Shown here: positions 32,880-44,200 of the stretch, piece after piece | Layout of the letters: each line of letters begins with the position of its first letter | Numbering within the stretch: the stretch's first letter is position 1 | Assembly: GCF_963921235.1 (NCBI RefSeq) | Contig: NC_086101.1 | Span: forward strand, 1,488,001 to 1,552,000 | DNA: 64,000 nt | Reading direction: 5' to 3' | DNA from: Mobula hypostoma | Taxonomy: Eukaryota | Position numbers and translations under genes: made by a program | The notes under the pieces: model-generated | Database searches by the model: none | What the model was told of the DNA's origin: nothing | What the model saw: the letters and a program-made list of their open reading frames with translations, nothing else

Positions 32880-34245
32880 TGGACCACAGCTCTATTTCCC
32901 TCCCACCCCTGAACCTATTCAAATTTATCTTAAATCAAAGCCGCACCCACCACCTCCGCTGGCAGCTTGTTGCACATTCCTAACACCACCTGACTGATGA
33001 GGTGTTCCCTCATGCTCCCCTTAAATATCTCACCTTTCACCCTCAGCCCATGACCTCTAGTTGTAGTCTCACCCAACCTCAGCGGAAAAACACACACAAA
33101 ATGCTGGGGGAACTCAGCAGGCCAGGCAGCATCAATGGAAAATGATACAGTCGACGTTTTGGGCTGAAATCCTTTGGCAGGGTAGAAGAGAAAAAGCTGA
33201 CGAGTAGATTTAAAAGGTGGGGGAAGGGGAGAGGGAAACACCAAGTGACGGGTGAAACCTGGAGGGGGAGGGATGAAGTAAAGAGCCGGGAAGTTGATTG
33301 GTGAAAGAGACAGAAGGCCATGGAAGAGAAAGGAAAATGGGGGGAGCAGCACCAGAGGGAGGTGATGGGCGGGAAAGGAGATAAGGTGAAAGAGGGGAAA
33401 GGGGATGGGAAATGGTGAAGGAGGGAGAAGTGGGGGGCATTACTGGAAGTTTGATAAGTCAATATTCATGCCATCAGGTTGAATATGTTTCTATAATGTG
33501 TGGTTCCTCCAACCTAAGTGTGGCCTCATCACAACAGTGGAGGAGGCCATGGACGGACATATCGGAACGGGATTAAAATGGGTGGCTTCTGTGAGATCCC
33601 ACTGTCCCTGGCAGTCAGACAGTAGGTGCTCAGAGAAGCGGTCTCCCCATCTACATCAGGTCTCACCAATATACAGAAAGCACCAGACAGTGCTTCACCT
33701 GCTGTTTCTCTCTCCCCTCCCCACGCCTTTTAAATCTACTCTCTAGCTTTTTCTTTCCAGTCCTGCCGAAGGGTCTCGGCCTGAAACGTCGACTGTACTC
33801 TTTTCCACAGATGCTGCCAGGCCTGCTGAGTTCCTCCAGCATTTTGTGTGTTGCTTTGATTTCCAGCATCTGCAGGTTTTCCTCTTCTCAGTGAAAAAAA
33901 GTCTGCATGTATTTACCCTAACCCTCTACACCCCTCATCATTTGTATATCTCTATCTAATCTCCTCTCAATCTTCTAAATTCTAGGGATTAAAGTACTAA
34001 CCTATTCAACCTATCCCTATAGCTGACGTCAAGTCCCGGCAACATCCTTTAAGTTTCTTTGCAACCTTTCAATCCTGTTTCCATTTGTAGGTAATAAAAT
34101 CTCCACACAATACTCCAAATTAGACCTAACCAATGTTTTATACAATTTCAATATCTCTTCTCTACTCAGTACTTTGATTTATGAAGGTCAATGTGCCGAA
34201 AGCTTTCTTTACCACCCTGTCTATCTGTGACGCCACTTCCAACCT
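32880..34245 (-). mobile_element. CR1 3' portion interrupted by a Penelope-like insertion
   Basis: TTRGHGLRVKGEIFKG at 32930-33080, continuing with CR1 remnants at 33890-34245. Confidence 0.7.
33091..33886 (-). mobile_element. Penelope-like insertion with inverted pLTR arms
   Basis: TSD about CTCAG(C/T)G(G/A)AAAAA at 33078-33090 and 33887-33899. Minus-strand pLTR plus GIY-YIG remnant, then a plus-strand pLTR with CAGTC-CTGCCGA...GAAA-CGTC-GACTG at 33758-33795. Confidence 0.8.
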
Positions 34246-34539
34246 GGGGGTCCCTGAACAGATCCCAGTGGAACACCACTGCATTATCCTCCAGGCAGAA
34301 CGTGCTCACCACTTTGGGGTGATCCGACAACATCATGGTAAGGAAAACTTTCACTGCACTCTGAGCCACGGAAGATCATATACTGAAGATTTCAACAGAA
34401 AATACGGGGAAACATTCCTCAGGTCAGAATTCATCAATGTTGGGGATGAATTACCGATCCATTCTTGCCTTAAATATCTCATGAGACTGCTACAACCTTC
34501 TGGAGGCAGAATCTGAAGGTCTTTACATTTTATAAAAAG

Positions 34540-34803
34540 TCAAAGTCTGTCCCGAGCCTTGTGGCCCATCAGGCCGGTGCTTATGCTGGTTTCTGTGGCG
34601 TGAAGCGACTGAGAGTACGAGACCACCCCCCCCCACCCCGGACAGGACGCCAGTCTATGCGAGGTTCACCCCCAGCATTTGCCGGTACCATTTTCAGCTG
34701 GAGCAGTGTGTGGTTAAGTGCCTTGCTCAAAGACACAACATGCTGCCTTGGCCGAGACTCGAACCCACGACCTTCCGACCCTAACCACCTGGCCACGCGC
34801 CAC
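34540..34803 (-). mobile_element. tRNA-derived SINE, second family
   Basis: Reverse strand GGCGCGTGGCCAGGTGGTTAGGG...GGGTTCGAGTCTC, then GTGTCTTTGAGCAAGGCACTTAACC and a different 3' body. Confidence 0.8.
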
Positions 34804-34919
34804 ACTCTTTTAAGTTAAATTAAGACCCGGCATCTAAAGGCCTGTTGATAACCAGTCATACCTGCTGAACTCGCAGTAGAAAGGGTGATGTATTTCAGAC
34901 TAACGTTGACTTATAAGTA

Positions 34920-35688
34920 ATAGAACATAGAACAGTACTCCACACGGGAATATGTTCTTTGGCCTACAATTAAATGGCTGGGTAAACTAATCCCCTTTGC
35001 CTACACAATGTCTATATTATTCCACTTGCTCACATTCAAGCGCTTATCTAAACATCTCTTCAAAGTCTCTGTTTCTCTCTGTACTAACGCCCCAGAAAGT
35101 GCATTCCAGCATCCATCACTCCCTGTGTAAAAAAAAAACTGTCCCTCACATCTCCTTTGAAATGATCCCACTCTCACCTTCAATGCATGCTCACTGGTTT
35201 AAACATTCCCACCCTAGGAAAAGTATACTCTCTGCCTACTCTATCTGTGCCTCTCATCATCTTAAAAAGATCTCTATCAGGTCTTGCCGCAGCCTCCTCT
35301 GCTCCCAGAGAAAACAACCCAACTTTGTCTAACCTCTTGTTAGCACATAATACAGATGGCATTCTCGTTAGCCTCTTCTGTATCCTCTCCAAAGCCTTCC
35401 TAGAATGGTTTGACCAGAAGTGTTTGTAATACCCCAGACTCAGCCTAGCTGGTTTTATAAAACTGCAACATAACCTCCTGTCTTTTCAACTCAATACGAT
35501 GATTAGTAAAGGTAAGCATGTCACCTGCCTTCTTAACCACACGATCAACCTGTATCGCCACTTCCAGGGAGCTGGGGGCCTGGAACCCGAGATCCCTCTG
35601 CTCAGCAACACTGTTAACCATCTTGTTTTTAACAGTGAACTGCCTCTTTGCATTTGACTGACCAAGGTGCAACGCTTCACCATGTTGT
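34920..35688 (-). mobile_element. CR1 3' portion, degraded
   Basis: ORFs 35445-35672 (EQRDLG...QVDRVVKKA) and 35180-35392. Tail tagaacatagaacag. Confidence 0.8.
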
Positions 35689-35702
35689 CAAGTAAACCAG
35701 AG

Positions 35703-35708
35703 TTTATT
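35703..35708 (-). terminator. Candidate polyadenylation signal AATAAA of the Harbinger-derived gene
   Basis: TTTATT on the + strand, about 560 bp past the stop codon, at the edge of the apparently non-repetitive sequence. Confidence 0.5.
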
Positions 35709-36268
35709 GAGCATTTTTCCAACATTATAAGATTCAAAATATTTAGCTGAGTATTCTCAGTATCAGTGGCTGACCATGGTCCACACTCTCAGCTCTCAGC
35801 ATCCTCCGCCTACCCCCTTCAGAAAGTTATGGATCACTCAAGCACATACGCACGTTATCAAACAATCACATTTTAAATGTTGATGGAATATAAACCAACA
35901 GGTTTATGCAGATGTGTTAGTTGTTAGATGTACAAGAACCTGCAGCGTTCACAACAACGCAAGCATTGAAACTGAATCACAAAACATTTTCTCACAGTTA
36001 GTTCACTCTAATGCAAATGTATTTCCTGGTCACACATCAGAAACATCCTACAACATCTGCTCTTTCCCCAGGAGTCATCCTCGGGTTCCAAATACATCAT
36101 CACTCGTATTTAATCTGAAACCAACGACATCAGTCAGGACTCCTCCATCTCTGCCCACCTCAGGGCCCTGTGAGGAGTGTCCATTCACGGATATAACTGC
36201 ACCGCCTGGGGTCACCTCTGCGCACGTGGCCTTTGTCATTCAACCGGCTGGGGTTGTCTTGCAGTTAT

Positions 36269-37555
36269 TCAGCTGAACCCCTGGATTATGCATTGTTGCA
36301 GAGCTATGGCAGTGATGAGGTTTGGTGACCTTTCTCCCTCCTCCTCCTCTTCCTCCTCCCACTCACACTCCTCTCCCTCCCACTCCTCCTCTTGTAACCC
36401 CTCAGATGTCCTCAACACCTGCCCTCTTTCCAGGGCAAAGTTATGGAGCATACAGCAGACGACGATGAATTTAGAGACACGGTCGGGGCTATACTGTAGA
36501 CTTCCCCCCGATCTTGACAAGCAGCGAAACCGGTGTTTGAGCATTGCAATGGTCCGCCTGACGGATCCGTGGCAAGAGGCGTGACGGCAGTTGTACTGGT
36601 GCTCGCCGGAGCTCCTGGGATTCCTAACTGGGGTCATGAGCCATGGAGTTAGGGGGTAATCAGAGCTCCCCAGCAGCCAACCTGACACCCGACATTCCGG
36701 CTCAAAGAGAGGGGGCACAGAGGATTCCTGTAGGATGAGCGAGTGGCACGTGCTGCCGGGAAAACGCGAGCACACGTGCATCACCCGATGTCTGTGGTCA
36801 CACACGAGCTGGACCTTGAGGGAGTGGAATCCCTTTGCATTGATGTAGACAGCTGGGTTGTCGTAAGGCGCTCGGAGTGCCACGTGGGCACAGCCCAGGA
36901 CGCCTTGCACGCCAGGGAAGCCTGCGATCTTACGGAAGCCGAGCTCTCGCTGCTCCTGGCTCTCCGTCTCCATGGGGAAGGAAATGAACTGGTTCCTCTT
37001 ATCGTAAAGCACCTCCGTAACGTCTCTGATGCAGCAGTGAATGGCAAATTGGGTGATATCATTGATGATGCCAGTGGCCGCCTGGAATGAGCCCGTGGTG
37101 TAGAAATTAAGAGCCACTGTGACTTTGACAGCCACCGGGAGAGCAGTCCAGGCCCTGGTCCGGGGCTGCAGCTGTGCCTGAACAAGGAGACACAGTTCGG
37201 TCACTGCCTCCCTGCTGAAGCCCAGCCGCTGCACACACTGCTCCTCACTCAGGTTCAGGTATGACGTGCGGTTTCTAAACACCCGCCTGCTGTAGGGTCT
37301 TCGCCCACGGCGTACTGCTCCTCGGCACCGGCCTTCCGCTCTGCCTCTGGATCCCGATCCATCTCTTCCCGGAACTCCAGCTGCAACTGTTACTCCCCGT
37401 CCACATCCAGATCCCAGTCCGACCACCATGCCAGGTCTTGCAGTCGGCCCAGGAACAGCACCAGGTCTGATTCGGACTTTGGGACACACTGTAAATTCCT
37501 GCTTTTTCTCCTCCTCGTCCTTCAGCCCCAGGGGAAGGCTCAACAACACTCCCAT
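36269..37555 (-). CDS. PIF/Harbinger transposase-derived protein (HARBI1-like, DDE_Tnp_4 family), 428 aa, catalytic residues substituted
   Basis: Uninterrupted ORF from ATG at 37555. Motifs VALNFYTTGSFQ, AGFPGVQG, YINAKGFHSL, WLLG..YPLTPWLMTP, LKHRFRCL and CCMLHN. Acidic C-terminal tail and Gly/Arg-rich N-terminus. Confidence 0.9.
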   Translation of the reverse strand: MGVLLSLPLGLKDEEEKKQEFTVCPKVRIRPGAVPGPTARPGMVVGLGSGCGRGVTVAAGVPGRDGSGSRGRAEGRCRGAVRRGRRPYSRRVFRNRTSYLNLSEEQCVQRLGFSREAVTELCLLVQAQLQPRTRAWTALPVAVKVTVALNFYTTGSFQAATGIINDITQFAIHCCIRDVTEVLYDKRNQFISFPMETESQEQRELGFRKIAGFPGVQGVLGCAHVALRAPYDNPAVYINAKGFHSLKVQLVCDHRHRVMHVCSRFPGSTCHSLILQESSVPPLFEPECRVSGWLLGSSDYPLTPWLMTPVRNPRSSGEHQYNCRHASCHGSVRRTIAMLKHRFRCLSRSGGSLQYSPDRVSKFIVVCCMLHNFALERGQVLRTSEGLQEEEWEGEECEWEEEEEEEGERSPNLITAIALQQCIIQGFS

Positions 37556-37589
37556 CACCAAATTCTACACTGCACCCTCAACCCACGGT

Positions 37590-38290
37590 CCAGTTCAAGG
37601 AGCCTGCCGCCCACCCCCACCCCCACCCCACGATCTGGACCTCACCTTCTTCCCTCTGAGCTGGTCCCCCTCACCCCACCACCCGCTGATCTTCACTGAT
37701 TTTGCCGCCCTTCTCGATCCTCGAACCCCGCTTCCTGCCAGCGAGTGGGCCTCCGCCCCCTTGATCCAGTACCAGCTCCCACACTCGAGCCTGGGATCCG
37801 AATTCCGCTCCCGCCCGCCCACCCACCCCCACCGCCCAAGGATCCAGTTCCCGCTCCCTCCCCCGGTCCGGGGTATTCGGTCCCCGCTCCTCCCTCCCTC
37901 TGCCCGGGGATCTGTCCCCGCTCCTCCCTCCCTCTGCCCGGGGATCTGTCCCCGCTCCCTCCCCCTTGGCCAGGGATCCGGTCTCCGCTCCCTCCGACCC
38001 GCTGTCTGGGGATCCGGTCTCCGCTCCCTCCCTCCCTCCCTCCCTCCCTCCCTCCCTCCCTACCCGGGGATCCGGTCCCCACTACCTCCCTCCCTCCCTC
38101 CCCCCCCCTGTACAGTGATCCGGTCCCGACCTTCCCACCCGCTATCCGGGGATCCGGACCCGAACCTGCCCCGGTTATCAGATATCGGGCCTCCGACTTC
38201 TTCCCGGCTGCACCATTTTCCTTCAGGTCGCCGCCATGACAGTGTCACGTGAGTGACCAGAACAGCGCTGATTGGCGGACAGAGCAAAAG
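37590..38290 (-). promoter_or_regulatory. CpG-island promoter and 5' region
   Basis: High GC and CpG content. CCAATCAG (ATTGG at 38271-38275), E-box GTCACGTGA at 38244-38252, YY1-like ATGGCGGC at about 38230-38237, possible donor CAG|GTTCGG at 38166/38165. Confidence 0.7.
37790..38160. repeat. Imperfect GC-rich minisatellite of about 30 bp (gggatccggtcccgctccctccc)
   Basis: Roughly ten degenerate copies visible. Confidence 0.65.
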
Positions 38291-41200
38291 GGGAGGGGAG
38301 TGTTATGCAGAGAGTGATGGGGAGGGGGGGAGGGTTATGGAGAGAGTGATGGGGGGGGGGGAGGGTTATGGAAAGAGTGATGGGGAGGGGGGGTTATGGA
38401 GAGAGTGATGGAGAGGGGAGGGGAGGGTTATGGAGAGAGTGATGGGGAGGGGAGGGGAGGGGAGGGTTATGGAGAGAGTGATGGGGAGGGGAGCGTTATG
38501 GAGAGAGTGATGGGGAGGGGAGGGGAGGGTTATGGAGAGAGTGATGGGGAGGGGAGGGGAGGGTTATGGAGAGAGTGATGGGGAGGGGAGCGTTATGGAG
38601 AGAGTGATGGGGAGGCGAGGGTTATGGAGAGAGTGATGGGGAGGGGAGGGTTATGGAGAGAGTGATGGGGAGGGGAGGGTTATGGAGAGAGTGATGGAGA
38701 GGGGAGGGGAGGGTTATGGAGAGAGTGATGGGGAGGGGAGGGTTATGGAGAGAGTGATGGGGAGGGGAGGGTTATGGAGAGAGTGATGGGGAGGGGAGGG
38801 GAGGGTTATGGAGAGAGTGAAGAAGAGGGAAGGGGAGGGTTATGGAGAGAGTGAGGGGGAGGGGAGGGTTATGGAGAGAGTGATGGGGAGGGGAGGGTTA
38901 TGGAGAGAGTGATGGGGAGGGGAGGGGAGGGTTATGGAGAGAATGATGGGGAGGGGAGGGGAGGGTTATGGAGAGAGTGATGGGGAGGGGAGGGTTATGG
39001 AGAGAGTGATGGGGAGGGGAGGAGAGGGTTATGGAGAGAGTGATGGGGAGGGGAGGGGAGGGTTATGGAGAGAGTGATGGGGAGGGGAGGGGAGGGTTAT
39101 GGAGAGAGTGATGGGGAGGGGAGGGTTATGGAGAGAGTGATGGGGAGGGGAGGGGAGGGTTATGGAGAGAGTGATGGGGAGGGGATGGTTATGGAGAGAG
39201 TGATGGGGAGGGGAGGGGAGGGTTATGGAGAGAGTGATGGGGAGGGGAGGGGAGGGTTATGGAGAGAGTGATGGGGAGGGGAGGGGAGGGTTATGGAGAG
39301 AGTGATGGGGAGGGGAGGGTTATGGAGAGAGTGATGGGGAGGGGAGGGGAGGGTTATGGAGAGAGTGATGGGGAGGGGAGGGTTATGGACAGAGTGATGG
39401 GGAGGGGAGGGGAGGGTTATGGAGAGAGTGATGGGGAGGGGAGGGTTATGGAGAGAGTGATGGGGAGGGGAGGGTTATGGAGAGAGTGATGGGGAGGGGA
39501 GGGGAGGGTTATGGAGAGAATGATGGGGAGGGGAGGGGAGGGTTATGCAGAGAGTGATGGGGAGGGGAGGGTTATGGAGAGAGTGATGGGGAGGGGAGGA
39601 GAGGGTTATGGAGAGAGTGATGGGGAGGGGAGGGTTATGGAGAGAGTGATGGGGAGGGGAGGGTTATGGAGAGAGTGATGGGGAGGGGAGGGGAGGGTTA
39701 TGGAGAGAGTGATGGGGAGGGGAGGGTTATGGAGAGAGTGATGGGGAGGGGAGGGGAGGGTTATGGAGAGAGTGATGGGGAGGGGAGGGTTATGGAGAGA
39801 GTGATGGGGAGGGGAGGGGAGGGTTATGGAGAGAGTGATGGGGAGGGGAGGGGAGGGTTATGGAGAGAGTGATGGAGAGGGGAGGGGAGGGTTATGGAGA
39901 GAGTGATGGGGAGGGGAGGGTGGAGAGAGTGATGGGGAGGGGAGGGGAGGGTTATGGAGAGAGTGATGGGGAGGGGAGGGGAGGGTTATGGAGAGAGTGA
40001 TGGGGAGGGGAGGGTTATGGAGAGAGTGATGGGGAGGGGAGAGGGAGGGTTATGGAGAGAGTGATGGGGAGGGGAGGGGAGGGTTATGGAGAGAGTGATG
40101 GGGAGGGGAGGGTTATGGAGAGAGTGATGGGGAGGGGAGGGGAGGGTTATGGAGAGAGCGATGGGGAGGGGGGGGTTATGGAGAGAGTGATGGGGAGGGG
40201 AGGGTTATGGAGAGAGTGATGGGGAGGGGAGGGGAGGGTTATGGAGAGAGTGATGGGGAGGGGAGGGGAGGGTTATGGAGAGAGTGATGGGGAGGGGAGG
40301 GTTATGGAGAGAGTGATGGGGAGGGGAGGGGAGGGTTATGGAGAGAATGATGGGGAGGGGAGGGGAGGGTTATGGAGAGAGTGATGGGGAGGGGAGGAGA
40401 GGGTTATGGAGAGAGTGATGGGGAGGGGAGGGGAGGGTTATGGAGAGAGTGATGGGGAGGGGAGGGGAGGGTTATGGAGAGAGTGATGGGGAGGGGAGGG
40501 TTATGGAGAGAGTGATGGGGAGGGGAGGGGAGGGTTATGGAGAGAGTGATGGGGAGGGGAGGGGAGGGTTATGGAGAGAGTGATGGGGAGGGGAGGGTTA
40601 TGGAGAGAGTGATGGGGAGGGTAGGAGAGGGTTATGGAGAGAGTGATGGGGAGGGGAGGGGAGGGTTATGGAGAGAGTGATGGGGAGGGGAAGGTTATGG
40701 AGAGAGTGATGGGGAGGGGAGTGTTATTGAGAGAGTGATGGTGAGGCGAGGGTTATGGAGAGAGTGATGGGGAGGGGAGGGTTATGGAGAGAGTGATGGG
40801 GAGGGGAGGGTTATGGAGGGAGTGATGGGGAGGGGAGGGGATGGTTATGGAGAGAGTGATGGGGAGGGGATGGGAGGGTTATGGAGAGAGTGATGGGGAG
40901 GGGTGGGGAGGGGAGGGTTATGGAGAGAGTGATGGGGAGGGGAGGGGAGGGGAGGGTTATGGAGAGAGTGATGGGGAGGGGAGGGTTATGGAGAGAGTGA
41001 TGGGGAGGGGAGGGTTATGGAGAGAGTGATGGGGAGGGGAGGGGAGGGTTATGGAGAGAGTGATGGGGAGGGGAGGGGAGGGTTATGGAGAGAGTGATGG
41101 GGAGGGGAGGGGAGGGTTATGGAGAGAGTGATGGGGAGGGGAGGTTATGGAGAGAGTGATGGGGAGGGGAGGGTTATGGAGAGAGATGGGGTATTGGGGA

Positions 41201-44200
41201 GGGGAGGGGAGGGTTATGGAGAGAGTGATGGGGAGGGGAGGGGAGGGTTATGGAGAGAGTGATGGGGAGGGGAGGGTTATGGAGAGAGTGATGGGGAGGG
41301 GAGGAGAGGGTATGGAGAGAGTGATGGGGAGGGGAGGGGAGGGTTATGGAGAGAGTGATAGGGAGGGGAGTGTTATTGAGAGAGTGATGATGAGGGGAGC
41401 GTTATGGAGAGAGTGATGGGGAGGGGAGGGGAGGGTTATGGAGAGAGTGATGGGGAGGGGAGGGTTATGGAGAGAGTGATGGGGAGGGTAGGGGTTGGTT
41501 ATGGAGAGAGTGATGGGGAGGGGAGGGGAGGGTTATGGAGAGAGTGATGGGGAGGGGAGGGTTATGGAGAGAGTGATGGGGAGGGGAGGGGAGGGTTATG
41601 GAGAGAGTGATGGGGAGGGGAGGGTTATGGAGAGAGTGATGGGGAGGGGAGGGTTATGGAGGGAGTGATGGGGAGGGGAGGGGATGGTTATGGAGAGAGT
41701 GATGGGGAGGGGAGGGGAGGGTTATGGAGAGAGTGATGGGGAGGGGGGGAGGGGAGGGTTATGGAGAGAGTGATGGGGAGGGGAGGGGAGGGTTATGGAG
41801 AGAGTGATGGGGAGGGTAGGAGAGGGTTATGGAGAGAGTGATGGGGAGGGGAGGGGAGGGTTATGGAGAGAGTGATGGGGAGGGGAGGGTTATGGAGAGA
41901 GTGATGGAGGGGAGGGGAGGGTTATGGAGAGAGTGATGGGGAGGGGAGGGTTATGGAGAGAGTGATGGGGAGGGGAGGGTTATGGAGAGAGTGATGGGGA
42001 GGGGAGGGAGGGTTATGGAGAGAGTGATGGGGAGGGGAGGGGAGGGTTATGGAGAGAGTGATGGGGAGGGGAGGGGAGGGTTATGGAGAGAGTGATGGGG
42101 AGGGAGGGGAGGGTTATGGAGAGAGTGATGGGGAGGGGAGGGTTATGGAGAGAGTGATGGGGAGGGGAGGGGAGGGTTATGGAGAGAGTGATGGGGAGGG
42201 GAGGGGAGGGTTATGGAGAGAGTGATGGGGAGGGGAGGGGAGGGTTATGGAGAGAGTGATGGGGAGGGAGGTTATGGAGAGAGTGATGGGAGGGAGGGGA
42301 GGGTTATGGAGAGAGTGATGGAGGAGGATGGGGAGGGGAGGGTTATGGAGAGAGTGATGGGGAGGGGAGGGGAGGGTTATGGAGAGAGTGATGGGGAGGG
42401 GAGGGGAGGGTTATGGAGAGAGTGATGGGGAGGGGAGGGTTATGGAGAGAGTGATGGGGAGGGGAGGGTTATGGAGAGAGTGATGGGAGGGGAGGGGAGG
42501 GTTATGGAGAGAGTGATGGGGAGGGGAGGGGAGGGTTATGGAGAGAGTGATGGGGAGGGGAGGGGAGGGTTATGGAGAGAGTGATGGGGAGGGGAGGGTT
42601 ATGGAGAGAGTGATGGGGAGGGGAGGGGAGGGTTATGGAGAGAGTGATGGGGAGGGGAGGGGAGGGTTATGGAGAGAGTGATGGGGAGGGGAGGGGAGGG
42701 TTATGGAGAGAGTGATGGGGAGGGGAGGGGAGGGTTATGGAGAGAGTGATGGGGAGGGGAGGGTTATGGAGAGAGTGATGGGGAGGGGAGGGTTATGGAG
42801 AGAGTGATGGGGAGGGGAGGGTTATGGAGAGAGTGATGGGGAGAGGGGAGGTTATGGAGAGAGATGAGGGGAGGGGAGGGTTATGGAGAGAGTGATGGGG
42901 AGGGAGGGGAGGGTTATGGAGAGAGTGATGGGGAGGGGAGGGGAGGGTTATGGAGAGAGTGATGGGGAGGGGAGGGGAGGGTTATGGAGAGAGTGATGGG
43001 GAGGGGAGGGTTATGGAGAGAGTGATGGGGGGGAGGGGAGGGTTATGGAGAGAGTGATGGGGAGGGGAGAGGTTATGGAGAGAGTGGATGGGGAGGGGAG
43101 GGTTATGGAGAGAGTGATGGGGAGGGGAGGGGGAGAGAGTGATGGGGAGGGGAGGGTTATGGAGAGAGTGATGGGGAGGGGAGGGTTATGGAGAGAGTGA
43201 TGGGAGGGGAGGGGAGGGTTATGGAGAGAGTGATGGGGAGGGGAGGGGAGGGTTATGGAGGAGTTATGGAGAGATGATGGGGAGGGGAGGGTTATGGAGA
43301 GTGAGTGATGGGGGGGATGGAGGGGATGGGGAGGGAGGGTTATGGAGAGAGTGATGGGGAGGGGAGGGTTATGGAGAGAGTGATGGGGAGGGGAGGGGAG
43401 GGTTATGGAGAGAGTGATGGGGGGAGGGGAGGGTTATGGAGAGAGTGATGGGGAGGGGAGGGGAGGGTTATGGAGAGAGTGATGGGGAGGGGAGGGGAGG
43501 GTTATGGAGAGAGTGATGGGGAGGGGAGGGGAGGGTTATGGAGAGAGTGATGGGGAGGGGAGGGTTATGGAGAGAGTGATGGGGAGGGGAGGGGAGGGTT
43601 ATGGAGAGAGTGATGGGGAGGGGAGGGGAGGGTTATGGAGAGAGTGATGGGGAGGGGAGGGGAGGGTTATGGAGAGAGTGATGGGGAGGGGAGGGTTATG
43701 GAGAGAGTGATGGGGAGGGGAGGGTTATGTGAGAGAGTGGGGAGGGGTGAGGGGAGGGGAGGGGAGGGTTATGGAGAGAGTGATGGGGAGGGGAGGGGAG
43801 GGTTATGGAGAGAGTGATGGGGAGGGGAGGGTTATGGGAGAGTGGGGAGGGGAGGGTTATGGAGAGAGTGATGGGAGGGGAGGGGTGATGGGGGGGAGGG
43901 TTATGGAGAGAGTGATGGGGATGGGGGAGGGGAGGGTTATGGAGAGAGTGATGGGGAGGGGAGGGGAGGGTTATGGAGAGAGTGATGGGGATGGGGAGGG
44001 GAGGGTTATGGAGAGAGTGATGGGGAGGGGAGGGTTATGGAGAGAGTGATGGGGAGGGGAGGGGAGGGTTATGGAGAGAGAGTGATGGAGGGAGGGGGGA
44101 GAGGGAGGGGAGGGTTATGGAGAGAGTGATGGGGAGGGGAGGGTTATGGAGAGAGTGATGGGGAGGGGGGGTTATGGAGGAGTGATGGGGAGGGGAGGGG

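Noticed and set aside
34245..34520. Apparently non-repetitive segment with short ORFs on both strands
   Set aside because: No recognisable protein motif or convincing pair of splice sites.
36269..37555. Assigning the symbol HARBI1
   Set aside because: The N-terminus does not resemble HARBI1 as I recall it (MAIPITVLDCDLLL) and the catalytic residues are lost, so orthology is unsupported.
37428..38252. 274-aa Pro-rich + strand ORF
   Set aside because: Non-ATG start and low complexity, explained by the GC-rich island and minisatellite.
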